64,000 nucleotides of DNA, taken from positions 6,014,001 through 6,078,000 of the forward strand of contig OX597839.1 in NCBI GenBank assembly GCA_951406725.2. The letters are read 5' to 3'. The notes under the pieces were generated by a model. That model was not told the origin of the DNA. It worked only from the letters and a program-made list of their open reading frames with translations, and searched no databases. Every line of letters begins with the position of its first letter. Position 1 is the stretch's first letter. Of this stretch, positions 13,370 through 29,226 are shown piece by piece. A program made the translations under genes and the position numbers. The stretch comes from Octopus vulgaris (lineage: Eukaryota).

Positions 13370-14000
13370 AACACAGATTTATATATAGCCATACAAATCT
13401 ATTATATATATACAAACACACACACTTAATATACACACAAATTTATATATAGCCATACAAATTTATTATATATATATATATATATATACAAATGCACACA
13501 CTTAATATATATACAGATTTATATATAGCCATACAAATCTATTATATATATATATATATACAAATGCACACACTTAATATACACACAGATTTATATATAG
13601 CCATACAAATCTATTATATATATATATATATACAAATGCACACACTTAATATACACACAGATTTATATATAGCCATACAAATCTATTATATATATATACA
13701 AATACACACACTTAATATATACACAAATTTATATATAGCCATACAAATCTATTATATATATATATATATACATATATATATACAAACACACACACTTAAT
13801 ATGCACACAGATTTATATATAGCCATATAAATCTATTATATATATACAAATACACACACTTAATATATACACAGATTTATATATAGCCATACAAATCTAT
13901 TATATATATATACAAATACACACACTTAATATATACACAGATTTATATATAGCCATACAAATGTATTATATATATACAAATACACACACTTATATATACA
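13370..14000. repeat. ~70-bp minisatellite with variable internal (TA)n, about 9-10 copies
   Basis: cacacttaatata.acacagatttatatatagccatacaaatctattatata recurs. Confidence 0.9.
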
Positions 14001-14204
14001 CACATATATGTATAGTTATATACACATGTGCATAGACACATGGGTGCATGTGTACAGAGTTTTAGTATGCACATTAATTTTTTTTACATATATACACTAG
14101 CCAGACATACATATTGGCATATATAATCTTTAATGAATGCATTCTATGCATATGATAACATACGGTATGCACCCATTTGACACATGTATGCATATTCATA
14201 TGCA

Positions 14205-14725
14205 TTTTAAAATATATATGTGTGTGTATGTGTATTTATATAAAACTCTGTATATATATACATACATATCTATATATGTATGTGTGTGCATGAGTATTTA
14301 TATAAAACCTCGTATGTATGAACATACATATCTATATATGTGTGTGTGTGTATTTATATAAAACCCTGTATATATATATACATACATATCTACATATATA
14401 TATATGCATGTGTGTGTATTTATATAAAACCCTGTATATATATATACATACATATCTATATATATATGTGTGTGTGTGTATTCATATAAAACTCTGTATA
14501 TATATATATACATACTTATCTACATATATATATGCATGTGTGTGTATTTATATAAAACTCTGTATATATATGCATATCTATATATATATGTGTGCGTGTG
14601 TATTTATATAAAGCCCTGTATATATTCATGTACATATATATCTACATGTGTGTGTATGTGTGTGTGTATGTGTGTTTATATAAAACACTGTATATATGTA
14701 CATACATACATATCTATATATATGT
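14205..14725. repeat. ~60-bp minisatellite
   Basis: gtgtatttatataaaac.ctgtatatatata...catatcta recurs about 8 times. Confidence 0.85.
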
Positions 14726-14881
14726 GAGTGTGTGTATACGACTGTGTATAGAATTGGGTAGAAAAAAAATATTGCCAACCAAAACCCAGACAAATAAGTC
14801 TCTTTGAAGAAAACATCATGGAAGAAATATTAAGGAACCAGAAAAATCAGAGCAAAGTGGTAGTGTGAGTAGGTGTATGCA

Positions 14882-14912
<31 letters not shown>

Positions 14913-15254
14913 AGGTATGTAGGTATGTATAAAACAATGAAAGGAAAGGAGGAAGAAAGAAAGTTGAAGAAATCTGAGTTGGGACCTAAAAAAAGACTTC
15001 CAGAAATACACGGTTCTAAGAAAGGGAAGTTTGGAGAAGGAGGACAGTTCCTGAAGAAATGCGAATTATGAAAGTGCGAGAAAATGCATGTGCAGCGGTT
15101 TGGGAGAATATGGACTGCAAACATTCTTTGGCAAGGGAAAAAAAAAATGGAAGAGGAAGAAAAATCATATTCTTGAGTATATATATATGTATATGTGTGT
15201 GTATGTGCATGCATATATGTGTCTTTCTATGTGTGTATATATATATATATATGA

Positions 15255-15295
<41 letters not shown>

Positions 15296-15390
15296 TGTTT
15301 AGATATGTATATATGTGCATGGATATATATGTGTGTATTGTGCTTAGACTGCATGTTAATTTTTCAATATATACAGACATACAGATCAGA

Positions 15391-15431
<41 letters not shown>

Positions 15432-15568
15432 TATACATACATTCACATACATATATATATACATACATTCACATACATATATATATACATACATTCATAG
15501 ACATATATATATATATACACACACAGATACACATATATATACACACACATGTACATACATATGTGAGC

Positions 15569-15634
<66 letters not shown>

Positions 15635-16063
15635 AGAGAGAGAGAGAGAGATACGTATGCATACACACACACACACACACACACCTACGCAAACAAAAAT
15701 GCAAAAATGAGATTATCAAAATATCATTTTCAGAACATCAAAGTAAACAATATGTGAGTACGTATGTCAGCATATATATTTACGCACGCACACACACACA
15801 CATACACACACACACACACACATACACACACACACACACACACATACACACACACACACACACATACACACACACACAAGGTTAAAAAACAAAAACAAAG
15901 GCTGGCAATCACTACCTCACCCAACAAATTAAAAAGGATGGCGGTCTAAGAGAGAAGGAGGGAGAGATGAGAACTAGAAAGAGGAGGAGGAGGAGGAGGA
16001 GGTGAGAGAGAAAAGTGATAGAGTATGCAATACATAATATCCAGTTAGAGATTTAAATATCAC

Positions 16064-16163
<100 letters not shown>

Positions 16164-16459
16164 TTTTATGTTTTATATTGATGATTAAATCAGAGTTTAA
16201 AGATGTATAATTACCAAATGGATGTGTGTGTATGTGTCTGTATGTCTGTGTTTGTGTGTGTGGGTGTGTGTGTGTTAGTGTATGCGTCATTCTACACCCT
16301 CACCTTGACACACATGTAAGAGACATATCCAGTGTAGATATGCAGATATATGTATACAGTGCTATGTGTACACATATACATATATACTACATAAATGCAT
16401 ACACAGAAAAATCTTTAAAATATCTATGGATTCTGCAGAGAAAAACGATTTATGGTGAA

Positions 16460-16493
<34 letters not shown>

Positions 16494-16544
16494 TGTGTAT
16501 GTATGTTTATATGGCTATGTGTAAGTATGTGTACATGTATGTAA

Positions 16545-16584
<40 letters not shown>

Positions 16585-16914
16585 GTGTATATATATGTAT
16601 GTATGTATATACATATACGTATGGAAAGGGAAGAGAGAAATATGAGGAAATATATAGAAAATAATATAGGCTGCAAAAGAGTAAGTAGAGTGGTGGTGGT
16701 GGTGGTGGTTTTGTTGTTGTTAGGATGGATGGTTCATTGGAGTAGCATGTAGGCCAATGTTAGAATATAAATGATGCATATGCATTTGTGAGTGTATATA
16801 ACTAAGTATATGTAGGTATGTATATATATATTTACACAAGTGTCTTCTGCTATAGCCTCAGACCAACCAAATCCTTGTAAGTGGATTTGATGGGTCTTCT
16901 ATATATATATATAT

Positions 16915-17090
16915 ATATAACCACACATGAGCTGTTGGTTACATTTTTCTTTCTCTATTTTCCTTCCTGATGAAGAGCTATGCTTGAAACATCAAAACAC
17001 TCTCTCTTTTTACCAAGCATCTCACTAATATATTCCATGTTCTCTTGTTTTGTAATTGCTATTTTTTGTTTTATTATTTTAATGTCTATA
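16915..17090 (+). mobile_element. Diverged copy of the same PLE-like repeat with a CTGATGA..GAAAC motif
   Basis: ttc-CTGATGA-AGAGC tat GCTT-GAAAC-ATC-aaaa at 16962-16997; downstream ctaatatattc..ttgttttgt resembles the 22380-22470 copy; follows a (TA)n tract. Confidence 0.45.
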
Positions 17091-17103
17091 TATGATAATA
17101 ACG

Positions 17104-17147
<44 letters not shown>

Positions 17148-17603
17148 CATCATCGTTTAACATCCACTTTCCATGCTAGCATGGGTTGGACGTGTAACTG
17201 AGGGCTGGAGAACCAGATGGCTGCACCAGGCTTCAATCTTGATCTGGCAAAGTTTCTACAGCTGGATGCCCTTCCTAACGCTAATAATAATAATAATAAT
17301 AATAATCATCATCGTTTAACATCCACTTTCCATGCTAGCATGGGTTGGACGTGTAACTGAGGGCTGGTGAACCAGATGGCTGCACCAGGCTTCAATCTTG
17401 ATCTGGCAAAGTTTCTACAGCTGGATGCCCTTCCTAACGCTAATAATAATAATAATAATAATAATAATCATCGTTTAACATCCACTTTCCATGCTAGCAT
17501 GGGTTGGACGTGTAACTGAGGGCTGGAGAACCAGATGGCTGCACCAGGCTTCAATCTTGATCTGGCAAAGTTTCTACAGCTGGATGCCCTTCCTAACGCT
17601 AAT

Positions 17604-17639
<36 letters not shown>

Positions 17640-17773
17640 CATCATCGTTTAACATCCACTTTCCATGCTAGCATGGGTTGGACGTGTAACTGAGGGCTGG
17701 AGAACCAGATGGCTGCACCAGGCTTCAATCTTGATCTGGCAAAGTTTCTACAGCTGGATGCCCTTCCTAATGC

Positions 17774-17808
<35 letters not shown>
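17148..17808 (-). repeat. Four near-identical ~134-bp SINE C 3' ends separated by (AAT)n tracts
   Basis: catcgtttaacatccac...cccttcctaacgc starts at about 17148, 17307, 17469 and 17640, each followed by a variable (AAT)n. Confidence 0.9.
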
Positions 17809-17809
<1 letters not shown>

Positions 17810-19324
17810 GGATTATGACAAAAGCATTATGAGAAAATTTACTGGATTTATGTACCACATGGTTCCAAGTTCAGTCTCACTGCATGACACGTTGGGCTAC
17901 TGTCTTTTACTATAGCCTCGGGCCAACCAAAGCCTTGTGAGTGGGTTTAGTAGATGGAAAGTGAAAGAATCCCGTCATAAATCAAAATTTACATAAATAC
18001 TTAATATTCAATTTTATTTATTCATTCTAATTATGACTGTTTAATAATTAAATGCTGTGAGGAAAAGTCACCGTTTTTTTTAAACATGTCTAATTATTAG
18101 CGAAGACTCATAAAATAATTTTTGGGTTTTATCTTGAAATTAAATTAATTTGATTTAGTGTCAGGTGACTTTTGGCCAACCCAGTGTGTGTGTGTGTGTT
18201 TTATATTTTTTTTTTTGCAGTTCCATTAACGAGAAGTAATAATTCTTTAATTACCTGAATCCCTTTGGTTTCGATATGCTCAGATCGTTACTGAATCAGT
18301 TATACACACCTAATGTGACCCCCTCCCCCAATAATTACAGGTATGTATCTAAACTTATCGCCCAGGGAGGAAACGGCAAAGATAGTAAGGAGTGAATAAT
18401 GTCTGTGTGTCTGCGTTTGTTTATTGTGTATATAGTGTGTTTATATTGTAGAACAACAAAAAACTAATGAGAGACGCACAGACAGAAGACAGACAGACAG
18501 ACAAACAGACTGACAGACAATTTGTCTTTCTCACTCGCACACAAGATGATAATGGAAAAGTGTTCAAAATCTTTTAAATCCATAAATAACATCTTCCCCA
18601 CCCATACACCCACTTTAAACACATTACACACACACACACACACACATTATGAATGTTCATGCAAAATGTGTGTGTGTGTGTGTATGAGTGTGCGTACATG
18701 TGTGTGTGTGTGTGTAGTGTGTGTGGGTGTGTGTGGCGTAACATTCATCCCCCCCACACACACAGCATTTTCAACGTCAACATTTTGCTCGTCATCATCA
18801 TCATCATCATCATCACGTTCATCATTCTATCACCATTAGCATCACCATCATCACCAACATTATAACCACAAAAACCACAGCCACGACCACCACCACAGTA
18901 CATATCTGGAGATGATAGATAAAATACCTAACATAAGGAAACAAAGTTCCCTTCCCCACCCCACCCTCCCTCATAATGACATTTTTTTTTTCGTTTTTTT
19001 TTTTCTTCCCAAGAATCAAACCATATCCCCTTAGCAGCTAACGCATACATACATATATATATAGAGAGAGACACACACACACACACACACACACACCCAC
19101 ATATATATATACCCTTAGCAGCCAACGCATACATACAAATATATATATATATAGAGAGAGACACAAACACACACATATACACACAAACACACCCACATAT
19201 ATATATACACACACACACACACCCACGTATATATATACACACACATATACATATACACACACACAGACATATACACACACATACATATATATATATATAT
19301 CATCATCATTTAAGGCCGCTTTCC

Positions 19325-19373
<49 letters not shown>

Positions 19374-19828
19374 TACACACACACATACACATATATTTAG
19401 GGAGAGAGACAGAGAGAGAGAGTAAGAGAGAGATAGGTGGATCAATAGATAGGAATTGGGAGAGAGAGAGAGAAAGGGGAGAGAAAATAAGAGGAATTGC
19501 TCAGGAAGGAGTCAAGGGAATAGGAGAGTGAAAATAGCTTTTTCTAGGTCAACATAGATTGATGTGTGTCTTTGACAATGTCAAATGTCAAAAGATTTTC
19601 AGCCAGACAGTCAAAATATTCCATCTTCAGCCTTCAACAGACAGATAACTAAAGACAGGAGAAGGAAGAGATAGACAGAGAGAGAGAGACAGACAGACAG
19701 ACAGAATGAAAGGAAGAAAGAGAAAGATATGCAGAGAGATGGATAGATAGGTAGAAAGCCATGGTGAGATAGGCAGTTAAAGAGATGTTTAGATGACAGA
19801 TAGATATATAGATGCATGATGTGAGAAG

Positions 19829-19886
<58 letters not shown>

Positions 19887-19944
19887 CAGGCAGGGAGGCA
19901 ACAAGACAATATATTCCCCTGATTCCAGACTTTACCAGTTATTT

Positions 19945-20110
19945 ACAGCTAATGTATGTATGTATATATATGTATGTATGTATTTGTATATATATGTATG
20001 TATGTGTATGTGTATATATATATATATATATGTATGTATGTGTATATATATGTATTTATGTATTTGTATATATATATGTATATGTATGTATGTATGTGTA
20101 TGTATGTATG

Positions 20111-20142
<32 letters not shown>

Positions 20143-20162
20143 TATATGTATATATATGTATG

Positions 20163-20202
<40 letters not shown>

Positions 20203-20212
20203 TATATGTATG

Positions 20213-20252
<40 letters not shown>

Positions 20253-20282
20253 TATATATATGTTAAGGTATAGGTATGTATG

Positions 20283-20327
<45 letters not shown>

Positions 20328-20388
20328 GTATATATGTATGTATATATGTATATATATATGTATATATGTATATAGGTATGTATATATG

Positions 20389-20419
<31 letters not shown>

Positions 20420-20460
20420 ATGTATGTATATATATATATATATTTATACACATGTGCATG

Positions 20461-20511
<51 letters not shown>

Positions 20512-21058
20512 ATGCATATATTCTATAAATAAAATGGTAAAATTTTAAAGCTACAGAACATATTGTCTAGGGTGATATACAGATACACACACATACATAC
20601 ATACATACATACATATAGACATTCATATATACATACAAATATGTATGTATATGTCACATTATTCCCAAGTGTTTGTGCTTAGCTCTGCTTCCCCTCTGCC
20701 ATCTACCTGTATGTATGTATGTGTGTATATATGAATGAGTGTATATGTCCACGCACACATGGAAATGAATTAGTGAGAGTGTGTATGGTTGCATGTATGT
20801 TGATGCATGGCAATCACTTTTGTCATACTGGAGCTCTTGAAATTATCAATAAAACAATCATCACCATCATCATAAACATCAGCATCAGCTTATCCAGTGT
20901 ATTAGAGAGTAAACCATTAGTCCTCTTCTGCTTCACTCCACCATCTCAACTCTTAACACTCAAGCGAGTGGAGCACATAAACGTTTGTCATCGCAGCATC
21001 AACCTCTTTTCTGTATCTTTCTTATAGACACTTCCATATGTATGTATGTATGTATGTA

Positions 21059-21106
<48 letters not shown>

Positions 21107-21600
21107 TATATACATACATATATATATACATACATATATATATACATACATATATATATATATACATATATATATATAAACATATATATATATATACACA
21201 AACACAAAAATATATACACATATTAATATATACAAACACACACACACACATATATACGTATATACTTACATATATTCATACGGATATATATTCATACATA
21301 TATATATATACATACATACATATATACATGCATATATATATATAAATATACATGCATATATATATACATATACCTACATATATACATTTATATATGCACA
21401 TATATACACATACATGTATACATATACCTACATATATACATTTATATATACACATACATATATACATATACCTACATATATACACATACATATATACATA
21501 TATATATACATATATGTATACACATATATGTATATGTGTGTGTGTGTGTACACACACAGACACACACACATATATATACACAAATATTTTCACACATATC
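19945..21600. repeat. (TA)n/(TATG)n/(CATA)n compound microsatellites
   Basis: Direct reading. Similar tracts at about 2430-2840, 15170-15880, 28060-28450, 39600-39950, 42510-44140, 57420-58010 and 60080-60750. Confidence 0.9.
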
Positions 21601-22379
21601 TATGTATTTAAATGCTTTACAATAACAAACAGAAGGTAGCTAAAGGGTGAAGTAACTCTTGTCACCAGAGTGAGGGGGAGAAAGAAAAGGACAAGGGAAT
21701 GATGTGACAATATATATACATTATCATCATCATCATCATCATCTAACATTCATCCTCCATACTGGCATTGGTTGGACGGTTTGGCAGGTTCCAACAAGCT
21801 GCAGGGCTGTGCTGAGCTTCAGGGTCAGCTTCAGCATGTTTTCTATGGCTTGATGTCCTACCAAATGCCAACCACCTTGTAGTGTTTGTGTGTATGTAGA
21901 GGCACATGACCAAATCATTCAGGTATTCAATTAAAAAAAATCATGAGTTTGTAAGTTTGACATCCCGTGGCACGTTGAGCAAGACACTTTATTTTACATT
22001 GCTCCATCCAGCTGGACCAATATGAAATAATGAGTTGTACTTGTATTTCAAAGGGCCAGCCTTGTCACATTCTGAACCATGCTGAGTCTGGTTATTTATG
22101 TAGGTCTGTGGAGCACTCAGCCAGGCATTTATTTCACAAGTAGGCCATTCTGTTGATCAAATCAACTGTAACACATATCACATACACACACACACACACA
22201 CATATATATATACGATGAGCTTCTTTCAGTTTCTGTAAACAAAATCCACTCACAAGGCTTTGGTTGGCCCAAGGCTATAGTAGAGATACTTGCCCAAGGT
22301 TCCACATGGTGAGACTGAATCCAGAACCATATGGTTGGGAGGTTGGGAAGCAAGATCCCTACTACACAGCCACTCATGA

Positions 22380-22590
22380 TATATATAGGGAGGGTTTACG
22401 AAAAAAGCAAAAGATGAAGACAGGTGGTGTACAAAACAAACAGATGTATTAGTATAACGCTCAGGAATAGAAAAAGTCTTTTACGTTTCGAGCCTACGCT
22501 CTTCTACAGAAAGGGACACAGAAAAACAAGGGAGAGAAACAAGGAGAGAAAAAATGTGTGTAGTGGCTAACGATCTATCATGGCGACTGA
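22380..22590 (-). mobile_element. Short PLE-like repeat carrying a minimal hammerhead-like motif (22478-22513)
   Basis: CTTT-CTGTAGA-A GAGC gtag GCTC-GAAA-CGT-A-AAAG: stem I, stem II and a palindromic ACGT minimal stem III; the core has an A6U variant. Related copies at about 8935-9130, 16915-17090 and 52135-52235. Confidence 0.55.
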
Positions 22591-23969
22591 TATATATAGG
22601 GTTAGGAAGGGCACCCAAGTGCAGAAAACCATGCCAAACCAGACTGGAACATGGTGTAGCTTTCTCTCACTTACCAGTTCCATTCAAATCGTGTAACCCG
22701 TGCCAGCATGGAAAGTAGACCTAAATGATAATGATGGAGAGAGAGAGAACCTGTTCCTCTTATGAAGTAGCAACATGTTGAGAAAACTCCATAGTAACAG
22801 GGCATCATTCTAAATAATGCGTAGGTTTGAGTATTTGTATATATATTAATGCTTCAGTAGAAACACTCCGAGAAATCTATATGTGATCATTTAAATCTGT
22901 TAGAGAGATGCTAGCTATTTGCCTCCCGTGAGAAACACTCGACAAGCTTCAGAAAGCAGAGAAAAACATTAAAGCCAGGGTATGTTATATCATCTGGTCC
23001 CAGAAATACACTATTCCAACAACGAAAACAAAAATGCAACCCCAAAAGAAAAGAAAAACCAATACAAGAATGTCGTTTGCTTTTGATCATTGTTTGGTAG
23101 CATTGGAACCATCTTGGAGTCAAACAACAATAGGGAGCTTAACCTAAATTTTTTGTGTTGTTTTTTTTTTGTTTTCCAAGTAAGAAAAATAGCTTATTTT
23201 CATATTATGATGATGAAGTGTGTCAAGGTAAGTGCTTTACTGTGAAATCTAAAAGAATTTTCACAACAAACTGACTCCATTAGGGGATTGTGAGGGATTT
23301 CGAAAACAGACTGGAACTTTTCTACTTTCTCTTTGCAGCATCACTTATGACATTGATAAATGGATGAGGAAGCAAGAGATTATGTATGGGTGCCTGTGTG
23401 CTTATATACACTGATACATATACGTGTGTGTATTCATATACACACATATACATATATATATTTGTATGTATAGATGTGTCTCTGTGTGTGTATACACACA
23501 CACAGATATACACATAAAGCTGTTTTCAACTGTCTGAAAATGATTGTACCTTTCTCTCTTATATATATATATATATATATATCATCGTTTAACGTCCGCT
23601 TTCCCTGCTAGCATGAGTTGGATGGTTCGACCGGGGTCTGGGAAACCAGGAGGATGCACCAGGCTCCACTCTGATCTGGCAGTGTTTCTACAGTGGATGC
23701 CCTTCCTAACGCCAACCACTCCGTGAGTGTAGTGGGTGCTTTTTACATGCCACTGGCACAGGTGCCAGGGGAGGCCGGCAACGGCCACGATCGGTTGGTG
23801 CTTTTTATGTGCATATATATATATACATATATATACATACATATATATAAGGGGTCATTAGGATCAGTTAACATTCAAAAAGGCAATACATCTATTTATC
23901 TCAGTCAATTAAAAAACAATTATTGTATTTCCTAAAAAAAAAAAATTAATAGAATAAAAATATAACAAT

Positions 23970-24190
23970 ACTGGTTTCAAAATTTGGCACAAGGCCTACA
24001 ATTTCAGGAGAAAGGGAATGTTGATTACATTGATCCCAGTATTGAACTGGTACATATTCAATTAATCATGAAAGGATGAAAGCCCCAAGGTCAACTTGGG
24101 GCTTTGTGGGATTTGAACTCAGAACGTGAAGATTGACAAAATGCTTAGTAGCATCTTATCTGGCATGTTAATGATTCTTGCAGCTCATCT
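23970..24190 (-). mobile_element. Diverged SINE B copy
   Basis: gaaaggatgaaag..., atttgaactcagaacgt, tgcagctc; a similar diverged copy lies at about 34465-34655. Confidence 0.6.
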
Positions 24191-24603
24191 CCTAAATACT
24201 ATTAATAATTATTTCATTACCTTTCATTGGTATAAAAGGCTACTGTTTATTCAATTAAGCCTTGTTCTACAGATGAATATTAGCGTTAAGATAATTAATT
24301 AGACTTAAAGAGAGATCTAAAAAAATCATCTGCAAAACTTATTCCTATGGCTTCAGAATTGCTTTATAGTTTCTTGGTTCATAATAGTGATAGTCAAATT
24401 TAAATAAAATTAACGGGCAGTCTAAATCTATTTCAAAATAATAAATTCTTTTCGTTAATTCGTTTTTATTAATTAATTCTACCATAAATAAAACTCAAGT
24501 TATACAAATTTAAAAATTACACAAGAACTTTAATATTCACTTTGATTAAACACTGTCATCTTGATCACCATCATTATTGCTATTTACCATCATCATCATC
24601 ATC

Positions 24604-24639
<36 letters not shown>

Positions 24640-24756
24640 CATTACTCTTATTAAAGGTGGTCAGCTGAACAGAATTGTTAGCATGCTGATTAAAATGCTT
24701 AGTGGTATTTTGCTTGTCTCTACATTCTGGGTTCAAATTCAACTGAGGTTGATTTT

Positions 24757-25502
24757 CAAAGTGACACTGGGGTAAAATATATGAAGCCCAGTATACCCAT
24801 CTGATAAGGGTACACCAGGCACATGCATCACAACCATATGTGCGAGACATAGTGATCTCATATCAAGATAAACAGTGCATGACCTTGCAAGTGGGGCCCA
24901 GCTAGAATTTTCTTCTGGTCGAGTAACCCATCCTGCTCAAAAGGTCCCTGAATAAGGGTTGTTTAAGGATGTTGAATGAAACACCCATGTTTCCGAGGGT
25001 GAATTATTCAAACCCCAAAAATCCCTCTCAACACATGGCTATGATGCTCCCTCACTACTTCTGCTCATGATCAGAGATGCACATATCGTCAGCCACTAAG
25101 GGACATGCTCAACAGGTTAAGGTCAAAACAACTGACAAGCAAATCTGTGGTATTGAGCAGAATATTTGCTGTAGTCCATCTTTTATACCAAGACAAAACA
25201 ATGTACATGATAACACTTCCAATCAGTTAAGATCAGAAGCCATGAGAGCCACTGCCTGGTACTGCCTCAGGGCATGATGCTCACCCACTACTTCTGCTCA
25301 TGATCAGAGATGCACATATCGTCAGCCACTAAGGGACATGCTCAACTGGTTAAGGTCAAACAACTGACAAGCAAATCTGTGGTACTGAGCAGAATATTTG
25401 CTGTAGCCCATCTTTTAACCAAGACAAAACAATGTACATGATAACACTTCCAGTCAGTTAAGATCAGAGGCCACGAGAGTCACTGCCTGGTACTGCATAG
25501 GA

Positions 25503-25503
<1 letters not shown>
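24757..25503 (+). mobile_element. Family D copy with a duplicated 3' ~230-bp segment and an (ATT)n tail
   Basis: Reverse complement of the 61121-62153 element; duplication junction at 25264-25280. Confidence 0.75.
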
Positions 25504-25504
<1 letters not shown>

Positions 25505-25549
<45 letters not shown>

Positions 25550-27055
25550 AAAATGGTAGAATCAAGTGGCAAGCTTGACAAAATGCTTAGCAGCATCTGT
25601 CTTCATACTCTACCACGGTTGATTTTGTCTATCCTTATGAGGTTCAGCAATGGGGTCAAAAAAATTTCAGGCCTAGCCCCTAGAGTAGATAAGATTATTA
25701 TTATTATCATCATTATTATCATTATTATTATCATTATTATCATCATTATTATTATTATCTTTATTATTATCTTTATTATTATCATTATTATTATTACTAT
25801 CATTATTATTATTGTCAACATTACTAACACTACCATCACCATCGTTATCATTATCTTTATCATCACCATCATCATCATCAACATCGTCATAATCATCACT
25901 GTCATCATCATCATCATCATAGTCGTCATCATCATCATCATCATCATCAACATCGTTGTCATCAACATCGTCATCATAATCATCATCGTCATCACCATCA
26001 TCATCATCCACATTGCCTTTATCATCCTAATCATTATTCTTACTGTTAACCGTTATCTTTATCATCATCATTGTCGCAGGCATTATTTTATCGATGCAAT
26101 TATCAGAACCGTTATCATTTTTGCCATCAACATTATGTAATAAATAAATCGTGATAATTTGTAAGGACAATAATTAGTAGGCAGTTGTTATTATTATTGT
26201 CATCGTAACGATATCTTTCCCGATCATAACCCTATCTATCACCACCTTCATCATCATCATCACCGTCACCACCATGATTGCAATAACAATCAACATCATC
26301 ATCCTCATCATCATCAATATAATGATATCTTTATTATCATCATCCTCATCATCATCAATATAATGATATCTTTATTATCATCTTCCTCATCATCCTTCTA
26401 TCGTTAAACAAACTAATCCTTTCATTCTAATTGCTGTTATCAATAATAACATTTTTCTTCTTCTTCTTCTTCTTCCTGTAATGCTTAATACAATGCAAGC
26501 TAGCACAACTAGTAAGTTAAAAGCTACTTTCCACTCGATCATCATCATCATCATCATCATAATCATCGTTATAATCATCATAATCATCATCATCATCGTC
26601 AGTCGTCATCATTATCATCATCAACATCATCATAATCATCATCGTCATCAACATCGTCATAATCATCATCGTCATCATAATCATCATCATCATCATCATA
26701 GTCGTCGTCGTCATCATCATCATCATCATAGTCGTCGTCATCGTCATCATCATCATCATCAACATCGTCATTATCATCATCATCAACATCGTCATAATCG
26801 TCATCATCATCATAATCATCATCATCATAGTCGTCGTCGTCATCATCATCATCATCATCAACATCGTCATAATCATCATCGTCATTATCATCAACATCGT
26901 CATCATCATCATCATCAACATCGTCATAATCATCATCGTCATCATCATCATAGTCATTGTCGTCGTCATCGTCATCATCATCATCAACATCGTCATAATC
27001 ATTATCATCATCATCATAGTCGTCATCATCATCATCATCATCATCATCATTATTA
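25505..27055. repeat. Compound (ATT)n/(ATC)n microsatellite region
   Basis: Long trinucleotide runs; source of the poly-I/H/M/D pseudo-ORFs. Confidence 0.9.
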
Positions 27056-28343
27056 CTGTGACTTTAGAATTGCTAACGTGTCTGAATATCTTGCGTAACA
27101 CTTTATCTCCATAGAAGCATTTGTGTTTATTCCCCCATATTTTATGATACCTTTCTATATAGTGTGTGTTATTGTACATATGAAAGAACCCTGGCAGCAA
27201 TAATAAAGGACCATCATCATTATTATTATTATTATTATTATTATTTGAGGGAGAAGAGTTCTATTTCGATGCATAAATTTATTGATGATCTTCACAAGTG
27301 TTATTTCATTATGTTAAAGTGTTCAATTACTTCTTTGATATCATTCCATAGCTGACTTGCTTCGTTATGTTAATGATTTTTATTATGTCTTTGATTTTGT
27401 TCCATAGTTAAGCTTGTTTAACCAGTAACACTCTAACAAGCATCTTGACAACCATGGCATTACACACATCATTATGGGGGTGAAGAAATGACAGAACCAT
27501 TAAAATATTCGAGGACAAAATGCCTCGCTCTATGTCGGACACCGAGGTCGACTTATCCTTTTTATCTTCCCAGTATTCATCATCTTTGTTTTAATGCACA
27601 TTTTCCCATACTTGCAGGGAGCACCTGGATGGAATTTGTTGAAACAAATTTACTACAGTCGGATGCTCTTTCTGTCACTAATCCTCCATCTGTTTCCAAG
27701 GAAGGCAATATATATATATATATATATGACAGGCTTCTTTCAGTTTTTGTCTACCAAATCGACTCACAAGATTTTGGCCTGCATAAAGCTATATTAGAAG
27801 ACATTTGCCCATGCTGCCACGCAGTGGGACAGAACCTAGAACCATGTAGTTTGGAAACAAATGCCTCACCACACAACCACAACTGATAAAATAAGTGCCA
27901 GTCAAGTACCAGTGTCAATGTAATCAACTCTCCCCTAACCCCCCAAATTTCAGGCTTTGTGCCTATAAAAAAAAGGGATCTATTTCTGTTAGCATTCTTC
28001 TTTATGTTATCATTATTAAAAAATTATCAACATATTCCAAATGGGTAGTAATCAGAAATACACACACACACATACATACATACATACATACATACATGTA
28101 TACATATATATATATATATATGTATACATATATATATGTATACATATATATATGTATACATATATATATATACACATATATATATATATTTGTATACATA
28201 TATATATATACACATATATATATATATTTGTATACATATATATATATACACATGTATACATATATATATATATATACATATATACATATATATATGTATA
28301 CATATGTATACATATATATATATATATATACATATATACATGC

Positions 28344-28376
<33 letters not shown>

Positions 28377-29226
28377 TACATGCATATATATACATACATA
28401 TCTATATGTATATATACATACATATCTATATGTATATATATGTGTGTGTGTATAAAAATTACAATCAAAGAAAATGATGAAAGAGGCAGTGATGAGGAGA
28501 GAGAGGGTGTGAGTTGATATGTGGTGAGGGAAGTGGTAGGGATGGTAGAAGAGAATGAAGAAGATGAAGTAGAAAAAAAATAGGATATCAATGAAATGAA
28601 AGAGGAGAAAAAATAGGAGAAATGGAGGTGGAAAGGGAATTTGAACCAAGGGAGAGAAAGTCGGAATGAGCAATTATCCACAAATATTTTGGTTGCGCTC
28701 CTTATTCTTTTGTAGATGGAACGAACCCTATTCCAGATTGTAAATATAACAGCAGTAGTGACTGTGGTGGTGGTGGTGATGTTGGTGGGGGTGGGGTGGC
28801 AGTAGCAGCTGTAGTAGTAGCAGCAGCAGTAGCAGCAGCAGAAGAAGAGGAAATTACTGCTTGAGGCAATGTCTTTTATGATGAAGTTGATGAAGTAGAA
28901 CATAACAACAAAGACAACAAGAACAAAAAAAACAACAACACAAAAAAATACAAGAAATATGAAAAAAAATTTAAAACTACACCTCTTCATCACCAGCGTT
29001 TCTTTCATCCTCCTTCTCTCTCTCTCCCCAAAACAACCCCATGGTGGGAGAATATTTGTGTAGGTAGGTAGGTAGGTGGTGATACAGTAATGGTATTCAG
29101 AAAATTAAATTCTAATTGTGTATGTATGTGATTATATATACTTGTGATTATATATATGCTTGTCGGTAGAATATATTTAAGAGACTGTGTCACTAAAATG
29201 AAATAAATGGTGTTTATTGGGGTATG

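Noticed and set aside
17148-17808. CRISPR-like repeat-spacer appearance (also 29227-29630)
   Set aside because: Spacers are (AAT)n or absent, repeats are SINE-derived or contiguous, there are no cas genes and the context is eukaryotic.
18255-18290. 36-nt AG..GT segment on the Eph strand
   Set aside because: Begins with TAA in the required phase 0 and lacks a polypyrimidine tract; no support as a coding exon.
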